From Marsupella aquatica (taxonomy: Eukaryota > Plantae > Marchantiophyta): a stretch of DNA of 64,000 nt. Positions 1 to 10,141 of the stretch are shown one piece after another. Where the stretch lies: NCBI GenBank assembly GCA_973895155.1, contig OZ316897.1, forward strand, positions 22,605,455-22,669,454, in the 5' to 3' direction. Each line of letters opens with the position of its first letter. Position 1 is the first letter of the stretch. Both the position numbers and the translations under genes were made by a program. The notes under the pieces were generated by a model. The model had not been told where the DNA came from and ran no database searches. It worked only from the letters and a program-made list of their open reading frames with translations.

Positions 1-254
1 AAAGTTGATAATTTGATATACTTTAATTCCCTAGTTATTGATTATGGACACAAACAGTTAAGGACTACAAAATTCATAGTCCATAACTATTTACCTCAAG
101 GATTGATCTTATGCCATTATCATTAGTCAATGTAGAGACTGGTGAAAGAAAAAAGAAAAAATGTTTAGATAATCTTCTGAAAAACTTATGACCATTTTTA
201 TGATCAAATGCACCATCTGTAATTTGAAGCTTTGAGTGCCCGATTGAGTTAGTT

Positions 255-530
255 GCATGGTCCCAAAATAGGACTGAAGTTCCCTTTCTACATCTTGAAG
301 CCCCAACCTGTTGGTTTAGCACGATAGACCTAAAGCAACCACGACAGGGTTGTCAACTTAGTTGGTATTTAAACCGTTAAAATCTCTCTGTAACTGTATA
401 AACCAGGTTGCAGCCGCTCTATCTGGGCAGAAACAGGTCATCCGAGCCCACACAACGATTTTGGGGAGAATTGGCTCTCACCCTTGTTTTTCACCACCCT
501 CCCTGAATTTTGTGGCAGGTTTGAGGTTCC
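255..530 (+). repeat. Degenerate direct repeat shared with about 9560-9815
   Basis: AAAATCTCT(C/A)TGTAACT...AAACCAGGT...GAGCCCACACA...CTCACCCTT...CCACCCTC(C/G)CTGAATTT occurs at both loci in the same order. Confidence 0.65.
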
Positions 531-1714
531 AGTAGGACACACTTTTCCACCAACGCTTTTATATAGTAGCAGACAGATGCATCCTCCAAAGGCAGCAAGC
601 ATTTTCATCATACCAATATCTAGCACTAAAAAAGCATAATCCATGGAAACGGGTTGGCAATTCTTTGGGGTTCATCACTCACAATGATGAACCCTTTGCC
701 CCAAATAATTAGTATCAGGTTAATTAGTTCTTCTGTTTTTTGTGAGAGAGTTGAACTGGTTAACGCCAAAACCGAGGCTTAAGCTGAAGCCCAAATGGAC
801 CCTACAAGCATGACAAAACGCCCCCAAACAGATTGTGATAACTTGTATGGGCCTTGGCCAAATGTCTATTTTGAGTCGGATGATTTTATTCACACTTCCG
901 TCTGTAGCATGACTGAGGCAACAAGTATTGTGTCCAGTACAGCAAGTAGTCCACCAGTTAATAATTAATTAAGGGTTTAACAGTTGTGAGAATGGGCTCA
1001 AGTTCACTCTTATTTGCCTCTCCTCGGCCGACCAGCTTGGCGGTTGCACTTGATGAAATTGGGTGACATTTTCAGATCTACCCATGCAAAATCAGCGTCT
1101 TAAATTGGTGCTCCTTGATTGCAGTTCGTGAATTGCCTCTGACAGTTTTCAATTGTGTTTCGGGATCGTTTGCATGCATACAAAACATGCAAAAACGAGA
1201 AGGCAACTGATCAATCCAACAATTGGACTGCCCATTTTCATTCTCACTCTTCACATTCTCATTGTCTAGCTGACACTCTTCTATCTCACTGTTCACCTGT
1301 GAACGCTTCGCATCCACAACCTTCCTCTGCCAGCCGCAACTTAAATCAGATACACGTTGCAGGTTTCAGTTCACGACAGGTGAGAAGCACAGGCACCCAG
1401 CAGCAGCTCATTTCAATCAAGCTCCACTCCACACTGTTGACTGTTCTGAGTGGTGTGTATCTTGTGGTGGAGCTTGCTGTTCTCGGATCGGGAGCAGCCG
1501 AGCTGCAACTTCAACGAGATACTCGTGAGCCGGTAGAGTGAGAGTGGGAGGCAGAGCATGAGATTGGAATGAGACTGTGAGTGTTAGAGTATCTACGAGC
1601 TCGATGCGAGCAGCAGTTCGTCAGTTGGAGTTTTTGGTGGGTGGGTCGAGCTGGAGAAGCTAGCTGGGCTCGTGAAGCAGCCGTAGCAGCAGCAGTGCAG
1701 GGATGATTGGCAAA

Positions 1715-1981
1715 ATGGGTGAGAAATACAATCCAAAGAGCAAGGAGTCTCCGGCATCATGGAAGGCGCTGCATCGGAAGCTACCGAGGTCGTTGAGCGC
1801 ATTTCAGATAATTATTCTGGCTGGGTTTCTGTCATTGCTGATTATGAGGAGCACCATCGGGATAGCCAGAGTAAAATTTTCAGGCCAGTACACGACTGTC
1901 GCGGACGACGAGTATGCGAACGACGAACAGAGCAGGCTGGACGAGGACGCAGACGGTGAGCCCAAGCGAAATCTGGTCCAG
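1715..1981 (+). CDS. GT34 glycosyltransferase copy 1, coding exon 1 (cytosolic tail, transmembrane anchor, start of stem)
   Basis: MGEKYNPKSK...FQIIILAGFLSLLIMRSTIG (type II membrane anchor). Ends at CAG|GTAAGC donor (intron 1982-2745, phase 0). Near-identical exon in copy 2. An in-frame ATG at 1703 is an alternative start. Confidence 0.85.
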
Positions 1982-2745
1982 GTAAGCAATTATTTTTGCG
2001 GTCTTAGCACTTTGCTCCAGACGAGTCCTCTGGGGCCGTCCTGGATGGAAAGTTTCCAACCATCAGAGTTCTGCATTCTTCGGGGATTCCTGTCTGGATT
2101 GCAAGCCTTTTAAAGTGCTTTTCCATGGAGAGCCCTGGTGTCACCGGGCCGTTGTCCACATAGCTTCGCAATGTGTATTATTCACTGAATTACCAGCGTT
2201 CCATGGAAGAGCACCAGTTCCTTCCCTCTGGTGTTCCTGATGGGACTGGTCTGGAAGCTCTAGCCCATCCGGAGATCCAAATCTCGATTTCAAAGTGTTT
2301 CACAAAGCTCATTTCTAAGGAGGAGTGCTTTTAAAGGTTTAGACTATTTTGCCTTGACCCTGGACTGTGTGGGGACTGAAGGTACTGCACTGGTACTGAT
2401 GTCGACCACAAGTAAGGTCTGGATGTCAGGACACTTCGGCTAATAGATTGTTTGATGCATTCCTGGAGTCTGTCATCGCCTGATGACGTCGAAGGCCTTG
2501 CTTTCCGTTGTCTCTGGATGTTTTAGATTGGTGATTTCGTTCGGCATTGTTTTAGCTTGTCTTTCGGCGTTTTTTAGCTCGTCTTTCATGAATCCGGCTG
2601 TAATTAGTTTGCATTGGACGGATTATGGCAAGGATCTCGAAGAATATTTCACAGCTGTGGAAATTATAGGGCTATGAAGTCACGCTTGTTTGGAATTTCC
2701 TTGAATTTCCGGTGGACTTAATGTTTTCTCTGCCTGAATTGCTAG

Positions 2746-4617
2746 ACAGCAAATTTCGACGTAGTTGAGAAGGTTCAATACACGGGCGTAAAGAAGCCTG
2801 ACGTAGAATTTGAGGAAGAGCTGGACCGGCAGGTCGTGGACTATCATCTTGCTCAGGTCAGAGCAGCGACGGGAAAAGATGTGAAGAATGTCATGGCGGA
2901 GCAGTCCCAGAAAGCTGTTGAGGCGGTTGACAAGCAGACTGGCAAAGTCGTGAAGAATGGCGAGGAGCAGTTCCAGCAAGCTGGTGAGGCGGTTGAGAAG
3001 AAGACAGGGAAAGTTGTGAAGAATGTCAAGGACGAGCAGCCCCTAGAAGCTACTGAGAATAAGAAACATGTTCTTCCGGAACCCAAGGAGGTTGTTATTG
3101 AGGACTTCGACCAGGTCGAAGCTCAGTTGGGGGAAGAGGAAACAACAGAGGAGCACGCCGAGTTTGAAAAGTTTGAAAAGGGTGAGAAAGGGGAAAGTGT
3201 CGGCAGCACTATGCAGCCAGCAAACGTCGCGGATTCGAAGGACAACAAGCAAATAAAGCTGCCAACTGCAGACCCCAAGCCCACGAAAGATAAGTCTGTG
3301 GAGGAGAAGACATTAGAGAAAGAAACTTCAGCGGAGCAAAAGGCTGACAAAGCCAGCAGCGTGCGAGAAAAGTCTGCCGAGGAAAAGAAGTCCGACGAAC
3401 ACGAGTACGCCGAAGCGAAGGAGGCTGGCAATGGTACGGATGTAGCTCAGGAGGAAGCTGAAGAAGCCAAGGCTGAGGAGGAGAAGGTTCAAGACTCCAA
3501 TCCCGAGCAGCTACGGAAGCTTACTCCCGAGGAGTTGAAATCGTTCACAGAGGAGGCCATTGCGAACATGCGTGAAGTTACCCGTAGAGATGATCCAAAT
3601 GCGTTCACCCTGGGCCCGAAAATCAGTGATTGGGACGAGCAGCGTGCAGCGTGGCTAGAGAAAAACCCTGACATGAGAAGCACAGATCCCCACAAGCCCA
3701 AAGTGCTTCTCCTCTCTGGATCCCAACCGGGGCCGTGCAACAGCCCCGTGGGAGATCATTATCTCTTAAAAATGATTAAGAACAAGGTGGATTATGCCCG
3801 GATACACAAGATAGAGACTTTCTACAGCTTTTCACATTTAGACAAGCCGATGTCTCACTTTTGGGCAAAGCTGCCACTCATCAGGAAGATGATGCTCATG
3901 AGGCCCGAGGTGGAGTGGATGTTCTGGATGGACAGCGACGCCATGTTTACCGACATGGTGTTCGAAATTCCGTTCGAGAGGTACCAGGAGCACAATCTGG
4001 TGATGTGGGGTTATCCGGAGGGTGTGTACGACCAAAGGTCTTGGGTTGCTTGCAATACCGGTGTCGTGTTCTTCCGAAACAACCAATGGACTCTCGATCT
4101 CCTCGAGGTTTGGTCTCACATGGGGCCTGAAGGGGAAATCAGGGAAGAGTCTGGCAAGATTATGAGCTCGTACTTGACGAAGAGGCCGGAGATGGGGGCG
4201 GATGACCAGTCCGCTCTTGTGTTCCTCCTGCTCACCATGCCGGAGCTTCAGTCAAAGGTCTTTCTGGAGGACGAGTACTTTCTCAGCGGCTACTGGGCTG
4301 ATCTCGTGGACAGGTACGAGCAGTTCTCGGACAAGTCTCGTCCTGGAGCAGGCGGGCGGAATTGGCCATTCACAACGCACTTCACAGGCTGCCAACCATG
4401 CACTGGCTTAAACAATGAAATTTACAAAGGGAATAGCTGCCTCGACGGCATGGAAAGAGCGTTTAACTTCGCTGACAATCAAGTGCTAAGGCCCTTCGGA
4501 TTTGAGCACGAGAACTTAAAGGGCTCGAAGGTGTTCAGGATAAGGAATGAGACCACGAAACCAATCTTGTCGGTTCCGGTTAATAACCCTTGGGCAGTGG
4601 AATCGTTTTATTCTTGA
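2746..4617 (+). CDS. GT34 glycosyltransferase copy 1, exon 2 (XXT / galactomannan galactosyltransferase family); about 712 aa spliced
   Basis: Acceptor GCTAG|ACA at 2745 is in frame with the 593-aa ORF. GT34 motifs: LGPKISDWDEQR, GDHYLLK-IKNKVDY, FWAKLPLIRK, WMDSDAMFTD (DxD), ADDQSA, THFTGCQPC, AFNFADNQVL. Confidence 0.93.
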   Translation, partial: TANFDVVEKVQYTGVKKPDVEFEEELDRQVVDYHLAQVRAATGKDVKNVMAEQSQKAVEAVDKQTGKVVKNGEEQFQQAGEAVEKKTGKVVKNVKDEQPLEATENKKHVLPEPKEVVIEDFDQVEAQLGEEETTEEHAEFEKFEKGEKGESVGSTMQPANVADSKDNKQIKLPTADPKPTKDKSVEEKTLEKETSAEQKADKASSVREKSAEEKKSDEHEYAEAKEAGNGTDVAQEEAEEAKAEEEKVQDSNPEQLRKLTPEELKSFTEEAIANMREVTRRDDPNAFTLGPKISDWDEQRAAWLEKNPDMRSTDPHKPKVLLLSGSQPGPCNSPVGDHYLLKMIKNKVDYARIHKIETFYSFSHLDKPMSHFWAKLPLIRKMMLMRPEVEWMFWMDSDAMFTDMVFEIPFERYQEHNLVMWGYPEGVYDQRSWVACNTGVVFFRNNQWTLDLLEVWSHMGPEGEIREESGKIMSSYLTKRPEMGADDQSALVFLLLTMPELQSKVFLEDEYFLSGYWADLVDRYEQFSDKSRPGAGGRNWPFTTHFTGCQPCTGLNNEIYKGNSCLDGMERAFNFADNQVLRPFGFEHENLKGSKVFRIRNETTKPILSVPVNNPWAVESFYS

Positions 4618-5566
4618 GCTCGTTTCTTTCCTGGATTGCACACATCTGAAGTGTACTGTAAGTTGTGTTTCGGACCTTCGCCATACTGAGTCAATGCACC
4701 TTCCTTCAACTTCCCGAGGAGAGCGCGCTAGATTGATGAATCACACAGTTTTGGACGCCCTGGCGCCCGTCGATGGCACAAGCCCCAATACATCTGATGA
4801 TTCCTGTCTAAATTACTCGACGACTCCAATGTTCCCAAGTTAAACTTCGTTCTGTCTGAACTTTAGACTGCGCAGGAAAGAAAGTATTCCCTGCATTTGG
4901 ATTTCGACAGTTCGCCTTGTATTGGGTATGTACTAACTTGGTCGTCCACAAAGAAACACAGCTATTCACCTTTCACATCAGTACAGTATATTAAGCGCAG
5001 ATTAGTACAGAGGGGCGTATAGGCGATTTAGATTCCTCCGAAGGTAAAGTAGGTTTGCGCAATCATGACGAGTTTCTTTAAGTTAAGATCGTTCACATCA
5101 GTCGACCTTTGCTGTGAAAGGTAGAACAGAATGCAACAGGGCACAGCAGAGTAGACTAGAGCATGTCGTTCGGTATGATAGGTATTACAGGGAAAATCCA
5201 TTCTGCCCTTAACTCAAGACGTAAGATCTATATAGGGTTGAGCCTTGATCAGCTCAATCATGACATTCTTATTGCGAGGAGCCTGCAAAATAAAGTGAAT
5301 GGAGGTGGGTCACATCGAAGATCCAGTTGTCATGAGAATTGAAGGCAGATGCGTAGACCTTTGCAAGGTGGATGTTGTTAGTTATGATGTACAGAGTTCT
5401 CTTCTCAGGTCATTCTCTTGTCCCTGCCACATTGGGTGACTGAAAGTTGGGGATTTCTACCTCCTGATACGTCATCCCTTTCTGGGCCCGACTCCGTGTA
5501 CTTACCACAGGAGTGCTCCATACGGGCTTAGTGTCAACGGACAATTTCCGTGGTACACTAGCACAG

Positions 5567-5953
5567 CTCATCAGCAAATGAAAGCTGGAGTGGTGGATAG
5601 GAGTCGGAGCGTTCAGGAATCCGGAATTGAAACAGGCAAAATCATGTCTGTAAGACAATCCCTGCATGCTTGGTCGCATGCACTGTTGTGCTTGGGAACT
5701 GGAGACTGTCCGGGGATCCAGAATTGGAATTGAAAATCAATCCGAATTCCCTAGGACTTGGAACCTCATCAGCAAATGAAAGCTGAAGTGGTGGACAGGA
5801 GTCGGAGAGTTCAGGAATCCGGAATTGATACAGGCAAAATCATATCTGTAAGACTACCCCTGCATGGTTAGTCGCAGGCACTGTTGTGCTTGGGAACTGG
5901 GATCCAGACTTGGAATTGGAAATCAACCTGTATTCCCTAGGACTTGGAACCTC
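5567..5953 (+). repeat. About 198-bp tandem duplication in the 3' flank of copy 1
   Basis: CTCATCAGCAAATGAAAGCTG...CCCTAGGACTTGGAACCTC twice. Only one diverged unit in copy 2 (about 15980-16145). Confidence 0.85.
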
Positions 5954-7361
5954 TTGTCTGGACGATCGTCTACTTCAGGATGGCGGATAAGCTTGCAAAG
6001 TGATTCCTCCTCCTTTCAATCAGGGACTATTCGAATGAGAGCTCAGGTTTCTTCGTTGGTTCGAACATCGTTGGACTATTCCTCGTTTTCTCATGTCTTG
6101 GCACTAGAAGCATTGGATCTCTTTGAGGGACTCCTCCTGTCACTGAAATAGTCATTCCCGTTTACCTGAAGAGCCGTATCTGCCATGTGCATTACTAAAC
6201 AACGGTCATTTCCTTCAGGTAATCACACACTTTCAATTTCCTTCTGGTAATCACATACTTTCACACATCAAAACGTGTTAATATAATATACTGTGTGCAC
6301 TAATTTTTTAAAAGAAAATAACAACATTTATCATGATATGGAGCTCTCTCATTTGAAGAAAATAAAGACTCGTTTAAAGAAAATAAGGACATCTATCATG
6401 ATATGGAGCTCACTCATTTAAAGAATATAAAGAGCCATGTCATACACTATGTATGTCATTTTTAATTTTATTTTTAATTAAATTTTATTTTGAATAACGT
6501 ACAACGTTATTTCAAACCCTTGGGACAAGGGACAATAGGAACCTGCCTGGGAGGGGAGGCAGTCCACAAGGAAAATTAAGGGGGCTGAAAGAAGGAGCAC
6601 ACCTATAGAAAAGGGGAAGGCCATCCGCCAACCAGATCACCTAATGGAAGGAGTACAATCAGACGAGGAAGGAGGAACCCCAATAACCAAACTAAAAACA
6701 AACCCATCCCTGAGAACTACCAGACTGCAACTGGAGCCAGAAGACCAGCAGGGGCACCACAGGGAAAAAGCCGAACTCCGCCCGCCACTGGCCACCACTC
6801 GAAAAAGATCCCGTCCATCACCAGAGAAGCGACACGCCATCATAAAATTCTCAACTCATAAACCCCAATCCGAATCCAGAGAATGCCAGAAACCTGTAGT
6901 CTCTCATCATAATAGTCATACCCATACGACAATTGGCAAACGACCATGCCCAATGGTTATTTATCTGGGTCACCACCGTGGAGAAATATTCGTGTAAGCA
7001 GAAACTGGTGCGTATGAGGAGAATGATTCCCGTCTAGCCACCTTGATCAAAATCTATGTGCGTAGTGATAACTACCCACAATACTATCCAGTACACCATG
7101 GAGGACAATCCCAAGAGGAGTCCAGAACAGAAAACCTTAACTGGGCAACCTTAACTGGGCCAGAACATGAAATGGAATATAATGAGTGAAAGGATTCTGA
7201 AAGCCACTCATTTACTGAGGGCCGAGTGAAAAAGGCCAATCATTGTGAGGAACCCACCAAAGTGGGCTAGGGTCCAGCCGCAATTCATAAGCCTCGGGAT
7301 TTTATGTCATATTTTTTTTATGTGCAATTATCGGCAAAGTGACAGAATACACATTTACATC

Positions 7362-7522
7362 TCTAACAAAGGGATATAAATCATCCTTACTCCTCCTCCA
7401 TCAGCAGACGTAGATATTGCAAGCAGGCAGTAAGTGTGTGAGGTCATAATGTGAAGAGAATACTAAGGCTCATTAATTTGCACTAATCAACAAGCAAGGA
7501 TGATTTATATCCCTCTGTTCGA
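7362..7522. repeat. Inverted repeat / hairpin (MITE-like)
   Basis: AACAAAGGGATATAAATCATCCTTACT (7365-7391) vs AGCAAGGATGATTTATATCCCTCTGTT (7493-7519), 25/27 complementary. Confidence 0.7.
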
Positions 7523-7953
7523 ATTATATATCCTCCGTCAGGAAAAGTAAGGATATTTATATGTTTGCTTATTCTCCCTCTGCCGACACTCTCCTCCGTG
7601 AGCTGCCCACAAGAAACGGACAATGATCATTTGTTTTAAACAACCACTGGCCACATAGAAAGAAAAATGTCCAAAGTGTTCTCCCTTTTTCACATTACTC
7701 TTCTACACCATGGACTTTGGTCCACAATTTCAGGAATAAGGTACTAAAAATGATGAGATATGGTGGAACCAGGTATTTGTCAAGGCTAGTACTTATTTAA
7801 GTGCCAAAAGCTTGGAATGAACTCCATGTCTTGGTGGGGTCTCTGGTCAAAAGAAACTTGTCTCCCTTGCAGTTCAAATTTACACTTGCTCTGCCCCACC
7901 AAGCTGGTCTGCTAGTGAACCAACATCTGGTTAACATTCACAATCTTTTTCAC

Positions 7954-8120
7954 GAGGGATTTGCTTGATGGAACCCCAAAATGAAAAGTTTTACTTGATA
8001 AGATGATTTAGGCAATTTAGGGATTTAGTTTTACTTGATAGGATGATTGGATCTCTCCTGATCACACAGGGTCCTATCAAATGAAACTTTTCATATTGGG
8101 TCCCATCAAGCAAATACCTC
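7954..8120. mobile_element. MITE with about 50-bp TIRs, GAGGGATTTG family (older copy)
   Basis: GAGGGATTTGCTTGATGGAACCCCAAAATGAAAAGTTT pairs with AAACTTTTCATATTGGGTCCCATCAAGCAAATACCTC. No clear TSD. Confidence 0.7.
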
Positions 8121-9982
8121 TAACTTTACCTAAGAATTATGCCAACATCACGTAGGACAATACCCATTAGCAGTAGGCAGTGGCCTCCCTAATGGTAAGA
8201 GCATTGATTAGTTTCATATTGAGGTTCCCTCTAAACATTTTTCTCTCAATTAGCCATAATTTGCCACTTGAACAAAATAAAAAATATACATAAAAATGTA
8301 TAACACTGGTTGAGCCAGTGGGACAGATTGGCGATTTTGCCCAACGGTCATGATTTCTGAAAAAACTGGCAGCCTAGGGGCAATAATATTTTTTGGCCCT
8401 GGTTTCAAAATTCCACTTTCTAAAAGTAGTACTCGAAAAATTCAGGTAGGAATTTTGGTGATCTTTGGCCAATTAATAAGAAGACCCTGTCTACAACCAT
8501 TGCATGCCGCCTGGTGGCCAAAAAGTCATTTCGTACTGGAAGAGAATCACTAAAGTATGTTGGTCCTCCCATTTCAGACTGTACTGGGTGTAAATTGAGG
8601 ACTAATAATTTGAGTACAGATGACTTATTGGTTTGGACAGTGGGACAGGTTAAATCTTGTGGATATGACTGGCAGTGGAAGCAAGTTTCTGACAATTAAA
8701 TTCCAGAGCAACTGACAGTGGTTAAATGGTCTTTGAGTGCGTGCACAATTCTAAGTCAGCCTATCAGCCAATGAGAAAGAACTCTAGATTCCCTTCAAAT
8801 GTAACTTCTGTGAGAGGGCTGCGGAGAATAATTGGGGCATGTGAGTGGCTTGTTTTTTTGTTTGGAAGGGTGACCTTCACTTATAGAGTGAGAGAGAACC
8901 AAATTCCAAGGTGAGTAAGCTAAAGGGAATTGACATAAACCCCGACTAACCATGCCAAATATTGGATCTGCCAGATTTCACCATTACTAGTACTATTTTC
9001 CTGAATTTGTGGAGCACTGCTCGGCGGAGGAGAAGAATATGAAAATGAAGAAATCCTGAACACTTCCCCTTTTATGTGGTCAGTGGCAATGTATAGATAG
9101 GACGAGAATATGAGCCTGGTGGACTTTACTTAGATGCTCATCGATAACCAAAATCAGAACTCATGTAAGCCAATAAAATGACCCAAACATAGGGGTAAGC
9201 ATATGAAGTTGTGGAACAGGTTCCACCATGGTGCTCTCAAGAGGAAACTAAGTATACACAAACTTTTTACAGAAAAGGGTCAAACAGAGTACAAAAGAAT
9301 AAACAAAAGATCCCAAGTGGGCAAAACCAAATGCAAAAGAAGTGAGCAAAAGGAAATCTCTAAGAACTAAGAAAGGGGAACTAAAACGATCGCAAATGGA
9401 CCAAGGTCCTTATCATTCCTAGCTAATGTGGCTAACAACTAATGGTCCACATCAAGTGTCGAAATTAAATCGGCAAGTGGGACTGGAATGTCCTCTAGGG
9501 GGGCTAGCCGTTGCGGAGGCACACTAGCACCCACTCTCAAGAGGGTTAGTGGGTTCTTTTTATTGACCCAAAATTGGAAAGCTCCCTTTCCACATTTTGT
9601 AAAACATACCTGACAATAGACCTGAAGCCACCTCAACAGTGATATCTATATGTTATTTAAAACTAATAAAATCTCTATGTAACTATAAAACCAGGTCACA
9701 GCCCCTCAACCCTGCCAGGAAGCAGGCTATCGGAGCCCACACAGCTCATTTTGCAGAAGTGGCCCTCACCCTTTTTTGGTCCACCCTCGCTGAATTTCAT
9801 GGAAGGCTTCATAGAATTCAACAAGTTTTCAATGAAGGAATTCCTGTTTTCTCACAGATTTCATATAGTTGCAGAGGCGTCCTCTAAAACGACTCAGAGT
9901 TACCATGTGTACCTAAAACATAGTAAGATATGTTATCTAATGTGCACAAAAGACAAAGGCATGAGGTTTGCCCATTATTGTG

Positions 9983-10141
9983 GAGGGATTTGTTTGATCA
10001 GCCCCCAAAATGGTTTGCGTTACTTGATAGGACCCCTGAAATTTTGGGTACATTGATTGAACATCAAATAACGGTCTGGATCACTTAGGGTTCCTACCAA
10101 GTAACAAGTTTCATTTTGGGGTCCGAACAAGCAAATCCCTC
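9983..10141. mobile_element. Mutator-like MITE, GAGGGATTTG family, with 10-bp TSD
   Basis: TIRs GAGGGATTTG...CAAATCCCTC with about 50-bp imperfect arms. Flanks CATTATTGTG (9973-9982) and CCTTATTGTG (10142-10151) match 9/10. Confidence 0.75.

Larger units (their letters stand above)
1330..6187 (+). repeat. Tandem segmental duplication, unit 1 (partner about 11450-16419)
   Basis: 5' leader, both exons, parts of the intron and about 1.5 kb of 3' flank align by eye with the partner. Both ends converge at TCACTGAAA...GAAGA(G/A)CCGTA. Confidence 0.9.

Noticed and set aside
1759-1959. Overlapping alternative-frame ORF, also at 12355-12543
   Set aside because: Conservation is explained by the overlapping real exon in a recent duplicate, and the stop positions differ.
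2836-2838. GTG/TTG starts given by the ORF track for copies 1 and 2 (2836, 13274)
   Set aside because: These are eukaryotic spliced genes; the frames open at acceptors 2745 and 13264 and join upstream TM exons.
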